Assembly (NCBI GenBank): GCA_964252075.1 | Contig: CAXULY010000004.1 | Location: 64,001-128,000 of the forward strand | DNA length: 64,000 bases | Direction of reading: 5' to 3' | Source: an uncultured Deinococcaceae bacterium | GTDB lineage: Bacteria; Deinococcota; Deinococci; Deinococcales; Deinococcaceae | In this document: one piece after another, positions 62,548 through 64,000 of the stretch | Layout of the letters: the number at the start of each line of letters is the position of its first letter | Position numbering within the stretch: position 1 is the first letter of the stretch | Made by a program: the position numbers and the translations under genes | The notes under the pieces: model-generated | Told to the model about the DNA's origin: nothing | The model's database searches: none | Seen by the model: the letters and a program-made list of their open reading frames with translations, nothing else

Positions 62548-63326
62548 GCAGCCTCCTGCAGCGCCCCGAGTTCCGCGATGAGGCGACCCAGGTTCGCGCT
62601 GCCCGTCGCGAGGAGCGCCACGAAGTACCCGCCGAGCGGACGCATGCACACCGTCTGCTCGCCCAGCTCGGCGCTCAGCACGCGCCAGCGGCGCTCGCCC
62701 AGCAGCAGCGCGGTGGCGGCCACCACGGTGCCGAGCTGCTGCGCGCCGCGCGACAGGCGCGAGCGCAGCACGCGCCCCTGACGGTCGCAGATCACCACGC
62801 CCTGCACGCCGCGCTGGCGGGCCAGGTCCGAGAGCAGCGCCTCCTGCCCCTCGGTGCTGTCCAGCGCGTAGCGGCGCACGGGAATCGCGGTGCGCAGCGC
62901 CTCCTCGGGGTCATCGAACTCGAAGTCGTCCTCGTCCCACTCGAAGTCATCGGCGCCCAGGGCGGCCTCCGGGGGGGCGGTGAGGCCGAGGGCGCTGGTG
63001 TCCCAGGCAGGTCCGCTCGCGAAGACGCCCGCCGCCTGCACCACCGGGAACAGGGTGGGGGCCTTGGGGTAATGGTGCTGCAGCTGCTCGGACAGGCGGC
63101 GCAGCTCCGCGCGGGCGCGCGGCTCGGGCATCACGGCGGACAGCCGCTCCAGCAGCGGGCCGACCAGCACGCGCTGCATGTCCTCCGCAGTGACGGCATC
63201 CGGGGTGTGGGCGGCATCATCCAGGGCAGAGCGCACCATGCGGTCGGCGGCCCGGTCGGACACCACCTGCGCCAGCGCATCTGCCACCAATTTGAAGACG
63301 GAGTTCGACATGGTCTCGGCATTCAT
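62544..63326 (-). CDS. roadblock/LC7 domain-containing protein
   Basis: C-terminal LARQRGVQGVVICDRQGRVL..SANLGRLIAEL roadblock pattern; acidic linker; start 63326 or 63311. Confidence 0.78.
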   Translation of the reverse strand: MNAETMSNSVFKLVADALAQVVSDRAADRMVRSALDDAAHTPDAVTAEDMQRVLVGPLLERLSAVMPEPRARAELRRLSEQLQHHYPKAPTLFPVVQAAGVFASGPAWDTSALGLTAPPEAALGADDFEWDEDDFEFDDPEEALRTAIPVRRYALDSTEGQEALLSDLARQRGVQGVVICDRQGRVLRSRLSRGAQQLGTVVAATALLLGERRWRVLSAELGEQTVCMRPLGGYFVALLATGSANLGRLIAELGALQEAA

Positions 63327-63435
63327 ATAATCACGCCCTCATATTCAGCAGCCTTACATTTGTGGCAGCGCCGCGCGCGGCCGGATGGGGTGCTGGCTCA
63401 GCCCGCGCCTGAAGTGCGCACTCTAGACTGACTGC

Positions 63436-64000
63436 ATGACCACCATCACGGACCGCCTGCGCCGCACCCTGGACGACCTGCGCGCCCAGGGGCTCCTCAT
63501 CCGCCCGCGCGTGCTGGAGGCGCCGCAGCGCGCCCGCACGCGCATCGAGGGCCGCGAGGTCGTGAACCTCGCCAGCAACAACTACCTGGGCTTCGCGGAC
63601 CACCCCTTCCTGAAGGAACGCGCCGAGCAGTACCTGCGCGAGTGGGGCGCCGGGGCGGGCGCCGTGCGCACCATCGCGGGCACCCTCTCCATCCACGAGG
63701 ACTTCGAGCGGCAACTCGCGGAGTTCAAGCACACCGGCAGCGCCCTCGTGCTGCAGAGCGGCTTCACCACCAACCAGGGCGTGCTCGGCAGCCTCCTCGC
63801 CGAAGGGGACCTCGTGGTGAGCGACGAGCTGAACCACGCCAGCATCATTGACGGCCTGCGCCTCGCGAAGGCCACCAAGAAGATCTTCAAGCACAAGGAC
63901 CTGAACGACCTGGAACGCGTCCTCGCGGAGAACCCCACGGACGGCCTGAAGCTCGTCGTGACGGACGGCGTGTTCAGCATGGACGGCGACATCGCGCCGC
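63436..64000 (+). CDS. PLP-dependent alpha-oxoamine synthase (glycine C-acetyltransferase / BioF family), runs off window end
   Basis: Hand translation: NLASNNYLGFA, GAGAVRTIAGT, SDELNHASIIDG, TDGVFSMDGD; TAGACT -10 box 6 nt before the ATG. Confidence 0.9.
   Translation, partial: MTTITDRLRRTLDDLRAQGLLIRPRVLEAPQRARTRIEGREVVNLASNNYLGFADHPFLKERAEQYLREWGAGAGAVRTIAGTLSIHEDFERQLAEFKHTGSALVLQSGFTTNQGVLGSLLAEGDLVVSDELNHASIIDGLRLAKATKKIFKHKDLNDLERVLAENPTDGLKLVVTDGVFSMDGDIAP

Overview
Very GC-rich, gene-dense bacterial chromosomal segment. Gene content and the many genes with a TAnnnT -10 box only 5-7 nt before the start codon (leaderless architecture) point to Deinococcus; this is an inference. About 65 CDS are supported: a hydroxyproline catabolic operon with a frameshifted PAS-AraC regulator, a SorC-regulated glycerol operon (membrane alpha/beta-hydrolase, glpK, glpD), ftsEX-envC, an S41 protease, a DEAD-box helicase, a metal ABC transporter, pgi, a dynamin-like GTPase, a G8-domain lipoprotein, asd, actP, rplS, NSAR/OSBS plus a GNAT, def-fmt, cdaA-cdaR, chrA, tsaE and a roadblock-domain cluster. 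I saw no rRNA, tRNA, IS or CRISPR. The strongest candidate novel system is at 27.5-29.8 kb. Two tiny minus-strand ORFs missed by the ORF track encode a secreted prepropeptide with two copies of GQPKDFGVM (differing only at synonymous positions) and a coupled peptide ending in GLPADFGLM. They are transcribed divergently from a TPR + wHTH/BTAD (SARP-like) regulator, an architecture resembling RRNPP-type peptide signalling. Other notable items are a leader-peptide attenuator upstream of asd and a lipoprotein with three tandem pilin-head-like repeats.
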